Part shown: one piece after another, positions 1 to 11,957 of the stretch
Layout: each line of letters starts with the position of its first letter
Position numbering within the stretch: position 1 is the stretch's first letter
NCBI GenBank assembly: GCA_034659515.1
Contig: JAYEHL010000184.1
Coordinates: 1-37,373 of the forward strand
Direction of reading: 5' to 3'
Origin: Chloroflexota bacterium
GTDB lineage: Bacteria; Chloroflexota; Dehalococcoidia; E44-bin15
Length of the DNA stretch: 37,373 nt
Program-made: the position numbers and the translations under genes
The notes under the pieces: generated by a model
What the model saw: only the letters and a program-made list of their open reading frames with translations
What the model was told of the DNA's origin: nothing
Databases searched by the model: none

Positions 1-306
1 TGGCGGGTGCTGCCTATAGAGCCCGCTGAGTTCGAGGCAGGGAAGAACGTGGAGTATATATATGAGCCCTCACCGATAGGTGTGCTCGCCGGGTTGCTGC
101 CTCGCTTTGTCGAGATGAGCCTTTATCACGCCGTGTTGGAGGCTATTGCCAGCGAGCAGTCCGCGCGTATGGTGGCGATGCGTAATGCCACCGATAATGC
201 TCTTGAACTTATAGATGATCTGACGCTCACTTATAATAAGGTAAGGCAGGAGATGATCACCACGGAGCTTCTGGATATCGTCGGTGGTGCGGCAGCGTTA
301 GAGTAA
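1..306 (+). CDS. atpG: F1F0 ATP synthase subunit gamma, C-terminal part (5' end outside window)
   Basis: Frame 1 is open from nt 1. The C-terminal sequence ...[19 protein letters not shown]...[28 protein letters not shown] is the conserved gamma C-terminal helix. atpD and atpC lie downstream. Confidence 0.9.
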   Translation, partial: WRVLPIEPAEFEAGKNVEYIYEPSPIGVLAGLLPRFVEMSLYHAVLEAIASEQSARMVAMRNATDNALELIDDLTLTYNKVRQEMITTELLDIVGGAAALE

Positions 307-319
307 TGAGAGGCTTTAA

Positions 320-571
320 GTGGTTAAGGGGGTCGATCCTAGTACAGAATTGATGGGTGTCTTCCGCTCGAATGTTGACCGGCACTTCAGCCTCGATGAG
401 TTAGCATGGGAGATGACGGTGAGGGGGTTGGAGCTAACGGAGGAAAGGTTAAAGAAAATACTGGAGACGTTGGAGGGTTGGAGGAGGATCGAGCGGGAGG
501 AGAACGGTGGGGAGGAGCGATATATTTTTTACGACACTACGGATTTTGGATGCCCGCGAAGGAAATGTTGA
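320..571 (+). CDS. hypothetical small protein, winged-helix-like, between atpG and atpD
   Basis: 83-codon ORF (GTG 320; alternative ATG 353) fills most of a 341-nt gap between atpG and atpD. The segment LDELAWEMTVRGLELTEERLKKILETLEGWRRIEREENGGEERYIFYD looks like the recognition helix plus beta-wing of a wHTH. No family was recognised. Confidence 0.4.
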   Translation: MVKGVDPSTELMGVFRSNVDRHFSLDELAWEMTVRGLELTEERLKKILETLEGWRRIEREENGGEERYIFYDTTDFGCPRRKC

Positions 572-629
572 ACAGAGCGGGGCGGGAGATATCTTTAGAT
601 ATATTTAATGAGATGTTTAAGTCTGCTGA

Positions 630-2042
<1,413 letters not shown>

Positions 2043-2074
2043 CAGGGGAATTTGATAGTAGGTGGTGATGACCT

Positions 2075-2512
2075 TTGGCTAAGCTAAAGTTTGAGATAGT
2101 TATCGCAGAGAGAGTGGTTTACTCCGAGGACGTCGATGTTGTGGTTGCTCCCGGTAGCGAGGGTGAACTCGGGATACTCCCAAGCCATTCTCCTCTCATC
2201 ACTTCTCTTCAACCTGGTGTGTTGACGGTTCGTCACGATGGCCAAGAGGTTGAAATATTCGTCAATGGCGGCTTCCTTGAAGTTAAGCAAGATAAGGTTA
2301 CTGTTTTAGCCGATGTGGCCGAGCGCGCCGAGGAGATAGATATCGCCCGCGCCGAGGAGGCGAAACGCCAGGCGGAGGAGAAACTGCGACAGCCTTCGAC
2401 TGAGATCGATATCGCTGCCGCTGAGGCTGCTTTGCACAGGTCGATGATGAGGTTAAAGGTGGCGGAGCGCCGCCGGAAGAAGCCCGGATCAGGGAGAAGT
2501 CAGCCCTCTTAG
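2075..2512 (+). CDS. atpC: F1F0 ATP synthase subunit epsilon
   Basis: TTG start. The N-terminal beta-sandwich (KFEIVIAERVVYSEDVDVVVAPGSEGELGILPSHSPLIT) and C-terminal helical hairpin (AEEIDIARAEEAKRQAEEKL) are typical of epsilon. It directly follows atpD. Confidence 0.9.
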   Translation: MAKLKFEIVIAERVVYSEDVDVVVAPGSEGELGILPSHSPLITSLQPGVLTVRHDGQEVEIFVNGGFLEVKQDKVTVLADVAERAEEIDIARAEEAKRQAEEKLRQPSTEIDIAAAEAALHRSMMRLKVAERRRKKPGSGRSQPS

Positions 2513-3130
2513 ATAATAAGTCATCGTCTCCAGGGCGAACATGGGATCCACCTTTCGTACGCGTACGTCCGGTGGCACTCGAGTGGCTATAGGATAATAG
2601 TTAAGTATCGCCTTAATTCCACATTTAACCAGGCTGTCCACCGCTTTCTGTACCTGGGATGGCGGCACGGCGACTACTCCGATTTTTATATCCTTGGTTT
2701 TTATGGTATCGGCCAATTCCGATATATCCTGTATAGTGACACCGCCAATCCTTTTCCCGATTATCCGGGTATCAATATCGAAGGCGGCCACTATTTTGAA
2801 GCTCTGAAGGGCGAGCTTGCCGTAGTCGAGGAGTGCTTTCCCGATCCTTCCCACTCCGATCAGGGCCATATTCCACTCCTGGTCCAGTCCGAGAATCTTT
2901 CTCAATTCTTCCATGAGCATACCGACGTTATAGCCCTTGCCCTGTTTGCCGAACTTTCCGAAGTAGCTGAGGTCCTTCCTGATCTGGGCCGGCGTCATTT
3001 GAAGTCTCGCCCCAAGTTCCTGTGAGCTCACCACCTCTGCGTTCTCATTACTGAGTATGGTTAGGATGGCAAGATACTGTGGAAGGCGGAATATTACAAT
3101 GTCGGGTATTTGAGACTGTGAATTTGACAT
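2489..3130 (-). CDS. rex: redox-sensing transcriptional repressor Rex
   Basis: N-terminal wHTH (RLPQYLAIL...VSSQELGARLQMTPAQIRKDLSYFG) plus a Rossmann motif (ALIGVGRIGKALLDY). Convergent with atpC, with a 24-nt overlap. Confidence 0.9.
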   Translation of the reverse strand: MSNSQSQIPDIVIFRLPQYLAILTILSNENAEVVSSQELGARLQMTPAQIRKDLSYFGKFGKQGKGYNVGMLMEELRKILGLDQEWNMALIGVGRIGKALLDYGKLALQSFKIVAAFDIDTRIIGKRIGGVTIQDISELADTIKTKDIKIGVVAVPPSQVQKAVDSLVKCGIKAILNYYPIATRVPPDVRVRKVDPMFALETMTYYLRGLTSP

Positions 3131-3194
3131 ATGAACTTTACCTCGGGATCGTCAGGTTATTTTATTTCAATCTTGGTAGCTACCGATTACTATT

Positions 3195-3689
3195 TTACAA
3201 TAGCCCCTTGATTATCTCTACTGTCATACAGCCTTTATCCAGTTCAATGGATTTAACTACATCATCAATCGCAGGTATCAGTATTACACTAGCTTCTGAC
3301 GATACTTCGTACACGTCGTTGCTGCCGGTAGGTATGATATCCGAGATTTTCCCCAGGAACCTGCCATCTGTGCTCCATACGTCAAGCCCTACCAGCTGAA
3401 ATCTGTAATACTCACCCTCGGGCAGTGGACGCAGTTCGGAGAACGGCACTTCGAGGAATCTTTTGCGGATACTCTCTGCCTCATCCACACTGTCGATAGA
3501 ATTAAGCTTGAGGATGACCATATTTCCACGCCATTTAGAAGACTCGACAGTCACGGCTTTGCCAGTTACATATACCGTTTCGCCATTCGCGAAGCGGTCG
3601 GGGAAGTCGGTCAGCACCTCTACCTTTACCTCGCCACGAATACCCCACGAGGCAGCGACCCGACCTATCGGGATGAACTGGGGATTCAT
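3195..3689 (-). CDS. rimM: 16S rRNA processing protein RimM
   Basis: IPIGRVAASWGIRGEVKVEVLTDFPDRF is the RimM N-terminal barrel, followed by a PRC-barrel C-terminus. Sits in the canonical rpsP-KH-rimM order. Confidence 0.88.
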   Translation of the reverse strand: MNPQFIPIGRVAASWGIRGEVKVEVLTDFPDRFANGETVYVTGKAVTVESSKWRGNMVILKLNSIDSVDEAESIRKRFLEVPFSELRPLPEGEYYRFQLVGLDVWSTDGRFLGKISDIIPTGSNDVYEVSSEASVILIPAIDDVVKSIELDKGCMTVEIIKGLL

Positions 3690-3708
3690 AGTGCTATAGC
3701 GGCGATTC

Positions 3709-3936
3709 TTAGATCACCACGAGTTCTACGCGGGTATCTTGCTTAACGGCTACTACTCGCAGCAGCGTTCGCATTGCCTGAACTACGCGGCCCTGCTTGC
3801 CGATCACACGGCCCATGTCGTCCGTATGCACCTGTAGCTTAAGAAGCACTCCTGTATCGCTTCTCTCCTCAGTCACCACGACGTCATCCGGGTTGTTCAC
3901 GATTGCTTTGACGATGAACTCAATAAGCTCTTTCAT
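3709..3936 (-). CDS. KH-domain RNA-binding protein (YlqC/UPF0109-like)
   Basis: 75 aa with the GxxG KH loop ([16 protein letters not shown]). 4-nt overlap with the rpsP stop. Confidence 0.85.
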   Translation of the reverse strand: MKELIEFIVKAIVNNPDDVVVTEERSDTGVLLKLQVHTDDMGRVIGKQGRVVQAMRTLLRVVAVKQDTRVELVVI

Positions 3937-4325
3937 GATTCTCCTTCGCTTGGTTTATCGATCCCTTCTTGAGGAAGGGTCGTGGGTTCACCTTCATCTG
4001 ATGTTTTGGATTCCGCCGTTGGTTCCTGGGCGGGTTTCTTGGCTGATTGCTTGATAGGCTTTTCCGCGAATTTTCTCTCGGGCATATCGACAATGCCGAG
4101 TTTGCCTAAGAGAACGCTCACCCTCTCAGTAGGTTTCGCGCCCTGGCTGAGCCACTTTCGCGCTTTCTCTCCATCTATCACGATTGTGGCTGGCTCGGTG
4201 CGCGGGTTGTAGTGACCGATGATCTCAATGAAATCACCGTCGCGCGGCGCCTTTGCATCAGCGACTACCACTCGGTAGCTTGGTTGTTTCTTTCTGCCTA
4301 CTCTAGTTAATCGAATCTTTACCAT
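3933..4325 (-). CDS. rpsP: 30S ribosomal protein S16 with acidic/lysine-rich C-terminal extension
   Basis: The real start is the internal ATG (CAT at 4323-4325) of the supplied ORF 3933..4772. [41 protein letters not shown] is canonical S16. The upstream 149 codons of that ORF are antisense to nfi. Confidence 0.93.
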   Translation of the reverse strand: MVKIRLTRVGRKKQPSYRVVVADAKAPRDGDFIEIIGHYNPRTEPATIVIDGEKARKWLSQGAKPTERVSVLLGKLGIVDMPERKFAEKPIKQSAKKPAQEPTAESKTSDEGEPTTLPQEGIDKPSEGES

Positions 4326-4415
4326 GTCAGTGTACCTCTCGATGTTGCTATTATGGGTCACAAAGCGCCGCATGTCAATGGTGTGTTGCCAGTGGTTGTA
4401 GCAAAAGGATATAAT

Positions 4416-5090
4416 TTGCATGTGGAAACTCGTGACATTCATCGTTGGGATGTGAGTGTCTCCGAGGCGAAGGAGATTCAGCGCAGCCTCGCGGACAGGG
4501 TCGAGAGAGAGGGTAAGATCGGTATGCCCGAGCTCATCGCCGGTGTTGATATATCCGGCGCGGACAGGAGCGGCAAATCCCGCGGTGCGGTGGTCGTTCT
4601 TCGTCACCCTTCCATGGAGATGGTCGAGCGAAGCGTGGTGGAGATGGAGGTGGTGTTTCCCTATGTACCGGGGCTTCTGTCCTTCAGGGAGATGCCGTTG
4701 ATTCTCGCCGCCTGCGAGAGGATCAAATCGACACCGGATTTGTTCATCGCCGATGCTCAGGGGATAGCGCACCCGCGGAGGCTGGGGCTAGCATCGCACC
4801 TCGGGCTTGTTCTGGGGGTGCCCACCGTCGGGTGCGCCAAGTCGATACTCTGCGGAAGGCACGGCGATTTGGGTGATGAGCCCGACGATCGCTCGCCGCT
4901 TATCGATGGCGGGGAAACCGTCGGGGTGGCGCTGCGAACGAGGAGCGGCGTGAAGCCGGTATATGTTTCGGTGGGTCACAAGATTAATCTCAATGAGGCG
5001 TGTCGTTGGGTGCTGGCCTGTTGCAGGGGATATCGCTTGCCGGAACCGACGCGCCTGGCGCATAAGGCGGCGTCGGGTAAGTTGTCATAA
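4416..5090 (+). CDS. nfi: endonuclease V
   Basis: Motifs [35 protein letters not shown] and YRLPEPTR. I place the start at TTG 4416 because AAGGA (4405-4409) lies 6 nt upstream and it gives 224 aa, similar to E. coli Nfi. The track's ATG 4353 has no SD and lies 27 nt from the divergent rpsP start. Confidence 0.85.
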   Translation: MHVETRDIHRWDVSVSEAKEIQRSLADRVEREGKIGMPELIAGVDISGADRSGKSRGAVVVLRHPSMEMVERSVVEMEVVFPYVPGLLSFREMPLILAACERIKSTPDLFIADAQGIAHPRRLGLASHLGLVLGVPTVGCAKSILCGRHGDLGDEPDDRSPLIDGGETVGVALRTRSGVKPVYVSVGHKINLNEACRWVLACCRGYRLPEPTRLAHKAASGKLS

Positions 5091-5163
5091 CATATTGAGC
5101 CGGTCGAGCGAAGCGTAGCGTATAGATGTTAGATCGTTAAGGATATTATCGAAAGGATAAGTG

Positions 5164-6267
<1,104 letters not shown>

Positions 6268-6268
<1 letters not shown>

Positions 6269-7497
6269 TGAGGCTCTTTTTAATTGCATTAGTACTGGCG
6301 CTGGTTTTATCGGTGGTTCCCTCTGCCATAGTTGTCGCTCAGGGGGATATAACCATACTTTCCAGCGATGCCAAAGCGCAGTTTCCTTACAGCATTACCT
6401 TCAGCATGGAGGCGATGTCGACGAGCGACATAGTCGATGTGGATATAGAGATACAGGCTGATCGGCGCAGTCTCGTTCCGCAGAGTTACCGTTCGGATAC
6501 AGATTTCGAGTCTGACCAAAATGTGGACGTCAGCTGGACATGGAATATGTTCGAGACCGGGGGTATTCCGCCGGGGACGGATATCGAGTATCGCTGGATA
6601 ATAGAGGACGCCTCAGGGGAATCGTTTGAGAGCGCCTCCTCTGTTGTCAAGTATGATGATTCGCGTTATGACTGGAACAGCCTATCCAGCGGTCAGATAA
6701 CGCTATACTGGTACGAGGGAAGCTCATCGTTTGCGCAGCAATTGATCGATGCCGCCGACGAAGCGTTGGACAGGCTGTCGGGCGAGTTCGGCGTTTCTCT
6801 GGAGCAGCCTATCACTTTTTATATATATGCCGACGCGTGGGATCTGCAGGGCTCCCTGGTTTACGCGGACGTATGGACAGGAGGAATGGCATTCCCCGCC
6901 TACGATACCATCATGCTCGGCATCAAGGTCGATAACCTCGACTGGGGCGTCAGGGCCGTAGCTCACGAGGTGGGGCATTTGGTGATTGGCCGGCTTGTGT
7001 TCGGGCCCTTTGGCTGGCTTCCCACCTGGCTTGATGAGGGGGTCGCGATGAACGCCGAGGGCGACCTTAATGATGATTTTCAGGATCGACTCGATGAGGC
7101 TATAGCCGACGATGCGTTGTTCTCGGTGCGTAGCATCTCCAGCGCATTTCCAGCCGATTCTAACGATGCCAGGCTGAGCTACGCGGAGAGCTACAGCGTT
7201 GTGCGGTTTCTCGTCGATAACTACGGCAGCGATGAGCTTCTTGAACTGCTTGATGTGTTCAAGCAGGGTAATACGGATGATGAAGCCCTTACGCAGGTCT
7301 ACGGCTTCGATAGCGACGGGCTGGATGAGGCTTGGCGCGCCAGCCTCGGTCTGGGGCCTCGTCCGCCGGTGACGCCTACATCGAAAGGTGATATATTTTC
7401 GTTGAGCGCCCCCTACATTGCGCTCATCGTTATAGAGGTGATCCTGGGGATTCTGGTTATCTTTCTAGCGATTTCCTTCATCCGTCGCTGGAGATGA
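6268..7497 (+). CDS. exported, C-terminally membrane-anchored zinc metallopeptidase (MA clan, Peptidase_MA_2-like)
   Basis: The real start is ATG 6268 (TAATG overlap with the prfB stop), not the track's 6112. Signal-peptide-like N-terminus (MRLFLIALVLALVLSVVPSAIVVAQG), HExxH (AVAHEVGHLV), downstream WLDEGVA as a candidate third ligand, and a C-terminal TM helix (YIALIVIEVILGILVIFLAISFI). Confidence 0.7.
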
Positions 7498-8121
7498 GGG
7501 TGTTGTTTGATCCTTGCGTGCCTTTACCCATACGTAGAACAGGCGGTGCACCGCAGTGAAGTTGGTTCCTATTGCCAGTACCCACAGCGTGTATAGCATT
7601 ACGGTTTCCTGCTTGTCGGGTATTGCGCTGAGTACCAAACCCAGTGACAGGATGCCTATACGCATGGTTCGCCTGAATATTCCTACCTCGGCATCCAGAT
7701 TGAGTCCCTCGGCCCGCGCTCTGACGTAGCTTACGAGCAGGGAGCCTACGATGGTGGCGAATATAAGCAGCGATTCGATCGAGGTGTCCGGTCGCCAGAC
7801 GTAATACCATAACAGTCCGAATAAGATCACGGCTTCGGAATAGCGGTCCAGTGTCGAGTCGAGTAGACCTCCGAACTTTGTCACTTTACCCATCGTCCGC
7901 GCCACCGCCCCGTCCAGCAAGTCGAAGATCCCCGCGACGAGGATAAGTATGCCACCGTAGATGAAGTGCCCCTGCGATATGAGCCAGGCCACTCCGAAGT
8001 TTATGAGGAAGCCGAATATGGTAAGGCTATTTGGGCTTACACCCGTTTTACCCACCAGCCATCCGACTGGCTCCGCAAGTCTGTGTGCTGTATCGCTGAG
8101 GATTTGAGCAGGTCGCCACAT
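7465..8121 (-). CDS. CDP-alcohol phosphatidyltransferase, phosphatidylinositol-phosphate-synthase-like
   Basis: Complete signature DG(x2)AR(x8)G(x3)D(x3)D in DGAVARTMGKVTKFGGLLDSTLD. Polytopic membrane protein. Last gene of the ino1-PHP-pimA-like string. Confidence 0.8.
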   Translation of the reverse strand: MWRPAQILSDTAHRLAEPVGWLVGKTGVSPNSLTIFGFLINFGVAWLISQGHFIYGGILILVAGIFDLLDGAVARTMGKVTKFGGLLDSTLDRYSEAVILFGLLWYYVWRPDTSIESLLIFATIVGSLLVSYVRARAEGLNLDAEVGIFRRTMRIGILSLGLVLSAIPDKQETVMLYTLWVLAIGTNFTAVHRLFYVWVKARKDQTTPSSPATDEGNR

Positions 8122-8185
8122 AATACTTATCTCCGTCGATTAGCAGTCCGGAACGAAACGAAATATACTTAGGTAATAAACAACG

Positions 8186-9298
8186 CTATGATTTATTATA
8201 CAGGCTAAAATAGTATTCGTTAACCATCTTTGCGACATTGGGCCAGCTATACCTCTCGGCCTTCCCGCGGCCGCGTGCGCCCATCTCGTGGCGTCTCGGC
8301 TCGTCGTTCAAGAGCTCTATAAGTGCTTTGGTGAGGGCGTTTACGTCCTTCGGGGGCACCATGAGTCCTTCCGCGTCATTGCTTATCAAGCTGGCGTATC
8401 CATCGATGGATGACGCCACTATCGGCTTGGAAGCTGCCATTGCTTCAAGCAATATTATCCCGAAGCTTTCGCCGCCGGTTGCCGGGGAGCAAAACACATC
8501 GGCCGATTGGTAGTATGACGGCAGGTCCTCATTTGGCACATAATCGGAGAAGATCACATCTTCCAGTCTCAGCTTTCTCGCCGCGGGCTCATATTTTTCC
8601 CGATTTCCCGGGCCGACAACGATAAGCCGCGATTTTGGCAACTCCTGTTTCACTCTCCGATAGGCCTTCAGTAGGTAATTCAGCCCTTTACGTTTCTCGG
8701 CGCGGCCCACGAACAGGATGTTCTTTTTGTCGTTAAGCAGGCTATCGATTGGTGGGCGCTCGGTGGAGAAACGTTCGAAATCTATCCCATTCGGTATGAC
8801 CTTATATTCGTCCGGGAAGTACCTGCTTATGAATCTCATTGCCGGTTCCGATACAGCTATCCTGCCGTCGAGCTTGTCGAACGAGCGTTTGAAAAACGGG
8901 CTGATAAGGTGATATGGCACCCTCGTCTTCTGAAAGGCGTGGAAGGTGCCGATGTTTATTGCGTTCGAGTGCTGGAGCACGGTCAGCGTCAGGGTAGAGT
9001 ACAGGGGCTCGTGCATGTGGACGATGTCGAACCTCTCCCTCTCCAGCACCTTCTTCACCGGAGATGACAGCATCGGCGATAATGTAATCCTGGCGATGGA
9101 ACCGGCCGATGGTATGGGAACCGGTTTACCTATAATGATAATATCTTTATTCTCGATGGAATCTTTACGACCGGAGCATGGGGCGATTATCTTGATCTCA
9201 TGACCCAGTCCGACGAGTTCTTTTTGGAGGAACGTAATGTGATTCGCCACGCCGCCGGGGTGAGCAAAGTCGTATGGACAAACGAGCGCCACCTTCAT
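8186..9298 (-). CDS. pimA: GT4 glycosyltransferase, PimA-like (phosphatidylinositol alpha-mannosyltransferase candidate)
   Basis: Appears collinear with mycobacterial PimA as I recall it: MKVALVCPYDFAHPGGVANHI..., FDIVHMHEP, GRIAVSEPA, PNGID, LFVGR..KRKG, GGESFGIILLEAMAA. The symbol is assigned by recalled similarity and context only. Confidence 0.75.
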   Translation of the reverse strand: MKVALVCPYDFAHPGGVANHITFLQKELVGLGHEIKIIAPCSGRKDSIENKDIIIIGKPVPIPSAGSIARITLSPMLSSPVKKVLERERFDIVHMHEPLYSTLTLTVLQHSNAINIGTFHAFQKTRVPYHLISPFFKRSFDKLDGRIAVSEPAMRFISRYFPDEYKVIPNGIDFERFSTERPPIDSLLNDKKNILFVGRAEKRKGLNYLLKAYRRVKQELPKSRLIVVGPGNREKYEPAARKLRLEDVIFSDYVPNEDLPSYYQSADVFCSPATGGESFGIILLEAMAASKPIVASSIDGYASLISNDAEGLMVPPKDVNALTKALIELLNDEPRRHEMGARGRGKAERYSWPNVAKMVNEYYFSLYNKS

Positions 9299-10065
9299 TT
9301 TTTTAACTGTCTCACGGCATTATTAAAAATGCCACGGACGAAAAAGCTCCTGCTCTTCCCTTGCTGTCTGAGGATTTGCATGATGCCGATTTCAAAGTAG
9401 CTCGGGATTCGACCTTTCATCGGCTTGGTAGTCTTTTCAAGGATACTTCTGCGCAGGTCTGCTGCCGTGCGGCCTCTGAATAGTGTCAGACCGCTGCCCA
9501 CCGATATCAGGAAGTGGGCATCACTGCCGCCAGTTTCCGCCAGCTTATATTTCTCGTTGATCTTTCTCGCCTTGCGGTTGGATATTGTGCCCATGATAGT
9601 GGCATTGTACGTCTCTATGCCGTCGAAATAGACTGCGGGGTTCTCGCTACTGGTAATTTTCTCGATATCCTTGCGGTTTATGCTCTCGCTGAATGGGCTC
9701 ATTGGATGCGGCGCGATACACAGGCCTCCCTGGGCGTGCACTGCGGATATGGTGTCCTCAAGGGATAACTTATTCGATATCGGACTCTCTACGAATAGCG
9801 CTAACAGGTGTCCGTCAAGGGTGTTGATCTCCATGCCGGTTACTACTTCGAATGGATAGTTGCGCTTGGCGGCGAGTTCCCTTGCTTCGTAGCTTCCTGA
9901 TAGCTCTGCGTGGTCGGTTATAGCAATTACATCAAGGTCGCCCATCTCCGCTACGTACGCCAGAATCTCTTCGACACTGGCCATTCCATCGCTTGCAGTG
10001 CTATGTATATGTATATCCGCCGCCCCATAGCCGTTCCTGTCACTTAAATCTTGTGGAGGGTGCAT
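9295..10065 (-). CDS. PHP-domain metal-dependent phosphoesterase
   Basis: DIHIHSTASDGMASVEEIL...VIAITDHAE and C-terminal GGSDAH are PHP metal-ligand motifs. The stop overlaps the pimA-like start by 4 nt. Confidence 0.8.
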   Translation of the reverse strand: MHPPQDLSDRNGYGAADIHIHSTASDGMASVEEILAYVAEMGDLDVIAITDHAELSGSYEARELAAKRNYPFEVVTGMEINTLDGHLLALFVESPISNKLSLEDTISAVHAQGGLCIAPHPMSPFSESINRKDIEKITSSENPAVYFDGIETYNATIMGTISNRKARKINEKYKLAETGGSDAHFLISVGSGLTLFRGRTAADLRRSILEKTTKPMKGRIPSYFEIGIMQILRQQGKSRSFFVRGIFNNAVRQLKK

Positions 10066-10131
10066 TCTATACTGCCTCTATTCCCTCCCCCTAATATAGT
10101 GGCGCAGAAGACGTTTCTCATATTAACGTAA

Positions 10132-11208
10132 TTATTGGTTGTCCCCGGAGATAAAATCTTCAGTAAACTTCCGAGCTTCGTCGTCCTTATATTGTACAGG
10201 GGGTGATTTCATAAAGTATGAGGAGGGTCTGATTAGCGGCCCGGAGACGCCGCGATCCATTGCTATCTTGCAGCATCTTATCGCATCTACTACAACTCCG
10301 GCCGAGTTAGGACTGTCCCATACCTCTAATTTCAGCTCTACATTGAGAGGTACGTCACCGAATGTACGCCCCTCCATTCGAATGTGGCAGAACTTCCTAT
10401 CATCAAGCCACGGAACGTAGTCGCTCGGTCCGACGTGTATGTCTTTCTCGGATACTTTGTAATCCAGCTGTGAAGTTACAGCGTTGGTCTTCGATATCTT
10501 CTTGGACTCAAGGCGCTCCCGCTCCAGCATGTTGAGGAAGTCGGTGTTACCACCGAAATTGAGCTGGTAGGTTCTCTCCAGTTTGACGCCTCGCTCCCTG
10601 AAAAGGTTGGTGAGGATGCGATGAACTATGGTGGCGCCGACCTGGCTCTTTACATCGTCGCCGATTATCGACAGGCCGCGTTCCTTGAATCGTTCCTGCC
10701 AGTATTTCTCTCGCGCGATGAATACGGGTATACAGTTCACCAGGCTGCAGTCGGCGGTGAGCACCTGCTCAATGTACCATTTGGTGGCCTCTTCACTGCC
10801 GACGGGAAGGTAGTTAATCACGACATCGGTCTTGGTCGACTTTAGTATCTCAACGATATTAGCCGTAGGGCCCGGTGCCTTGGTTATTATCTCGGAGAGG
10901 TATTTGCCTAGGCCGTCGTGCGTCATGCCGCGCTCCACCTTAACGCCGGTTCGCGGTACCTGACAGAATTTATGAGTATTATTCGGAGTGGTGAATATAG
11001 CTGTAGCCAGATCCTTGCCAACCTTGTTCTTATCGACATCGAAGGCGGCGACGAATTCGATGTCGCTTATGTGGTAGCCCCCCAGGTTGACGTGCATCAG
11101 CCCCGGGATTTGCTCGTCTTCTCTGGCGTTCTTATAATAGTAGACTCCCTGTACTAGGGAGGACGCACAATTCCCAACACCGATTATGGCTACGTTTATC
11201 TTGCCCAA
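10132..11208 (-). CDS. ino1: myo-inositol-1-phosphate synthase
   Basis: TTG start with AGGAG 6 nt upstream. The N-terminal NAD-binding motif [21 protein letters not shown], the length (358 aa) and the downstream motifs are typical of bacterial/archaeal MIPS. Confidence 0.92.
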   Translation of the reverse strand: MGKINVAIIGVGNCASSLVQGVYYYKNAREDEQIPGLMHVNLGGYHISDIEFVAAFDVDKNKVGKDLATAIFTTPNNTHKFCQVPRTGVKVERGMTHDGLGKYLSEIITKAPGPTANIVEILKSTKTDVVINYLPVGSEEATKWYIEQVLTADCSLVNCIPVFIAREKYWQERFKERGLSIIGDDVKSQVGATIVHRILTNLFRERGVKLERTYQLNFGGNTDFLNMLERERLESKKISKTNAVTSQLDYKVSEKDIHVGPSDYVPWLDDRKFCHIRMEGRTFGDVPLNVELKLEVWDSPNSAGVVVDAIRCCKIAMDRGVSGPLIRPSSYFMKSPPVQYKDDEARKFTEDFISGDNQ

Positions 11209-11229
11209 ATCTGTCTCCTATCCTATAAT
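11201..11229 (+). promoter_or_regulatory. putative sigma70-type promoter for the divergent PHP gene (TTGCCC-17 nt-TATAAT)
   Basis: TTGCCC at 11201-11206 overlaps the ino1 start codon. A 17-nt spacer precedes a perfect TATAAT at 11224-11229. The GGAGG SD at 11243-11247 and ATG 11253 follow. Confidence 0.4.
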
Positions 11230-11252
11230 AGCACTTTAGCGTGGAGGTTATT

Positions 11253-11927
11253 ATGCTTTACGATTTTCATACCCACTCATCGCTTAGCGACGGATCGCTT
11301 TCCCCTATGGAATTGATATGGCGGTCTCTATCGAACGGTTACAAGGCGGTTGCGATCACTGACCATGCCGGCATTGGTTATCTCGATCGCATCATTCGGG
11401 AGGTCGCTGCGGACTGTGCCCTGGCCCGGCAGAAGTGGCCAATCCAGGCGATCCCGGGTGTCGAACTTACTTATGTACCTCCTGACGCTATTCATGAAGC
11501 CGCCAAGCGTGCCAAGGAACTTGGCGCTTGGCTGGTCGTTGTTCACGGCGAAACCATCGTCGAGCCTGTAGAGAAAGGCACCAACGAAGCGGCCCTTACC
11601 TGTCCCTACGTAGATATTTTAGCACATCCGGGCCTTATTACAAAAGAGGAGGCTCAATTAGCTGCCTCCAACGGTGTTTTTCTTGAAATCAGTGCCAGAA
11701 AGGGACACTCGCTAACTAACGGCCAAGTTGCCCGACTCGCACAAGAGAACGGTGCTAAACTTCTGCTCAACTCGGATGCTCACGATCCAGCGGATATACT
11801 GACTCCCGACTTAGCCAGCCGTATAATCTTGGGGGCCGGAATAGATCAAGCTGAATGCGATGAGATACTGACTAAGAATCCCCAAGACTTCATCGAGACG
11901 ATCCTCCAGAAAAACCTACCCAAATAG
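11253..11927 (+). CDS. PHP-family phosphoesterase (histidinol-phosphatase-like)
   Basis: ATG 11253 preceded by GGAGG. MLYDFHTHSSLSDGSLSP...AVAITDHAG...VVHGE...LAHPG...NSDAHDP supplies the PHP metal ligands. Confidence 0.8.
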   Translation: MLYDFHTHSSLSDGSLSPMELIWRSLSNGYKAVAITDHAGIGYLDRIIREVAADCALARQKWPIQAIPGVELTYVPPDAIHEAAKRAKELGAWLVVVHGETIVEPVEKGTNEAALTCPYVDILAHPGLITKEEAQLAASNGVFLEISARKGHSLTNGQVARLAQENGAKLLLNSDAHDPADILTPDLASRIILGAGIDQAECDEILTKNPQDFIETILQKNLPK

Positions 11928-11957
11928 AACAGCTATTAGGCCAGTAGCGAATACTGA

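Noticed and set aside
3117-3129. TGTGAA half-site resembling a Rex operator near the rex start
   Set aside because: Only one half-site is present and there is no inverted TTCACA partner at the expected spacing. It also lies inside the coding sequence.
4353-4415. ATG 4353 as the nfi start
   Set aside because: It has no SD, lies only 27 nt from the divergent rpsP start, and adds 21 residues with no counterpart in Nfi. TTG 4416 has AAGGA at the optimal distance. It is kept as an alternative in the feature note.
3933-4772. 5'-extended versions of real genes in the ORF track (3933..4772, 6112..7497, 13063..13506, 24720..25907, 25763..27124, 27097..28962, 32527..33945)
   Set aside because: In each case the conserved protein begins at an internal start that is coupled to the upstream gene's stop (ATGA or TAATG overlaps) or preceded by an SD. 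The extension overlaps a neighbouring gene or its antisense strand and has junk composition.
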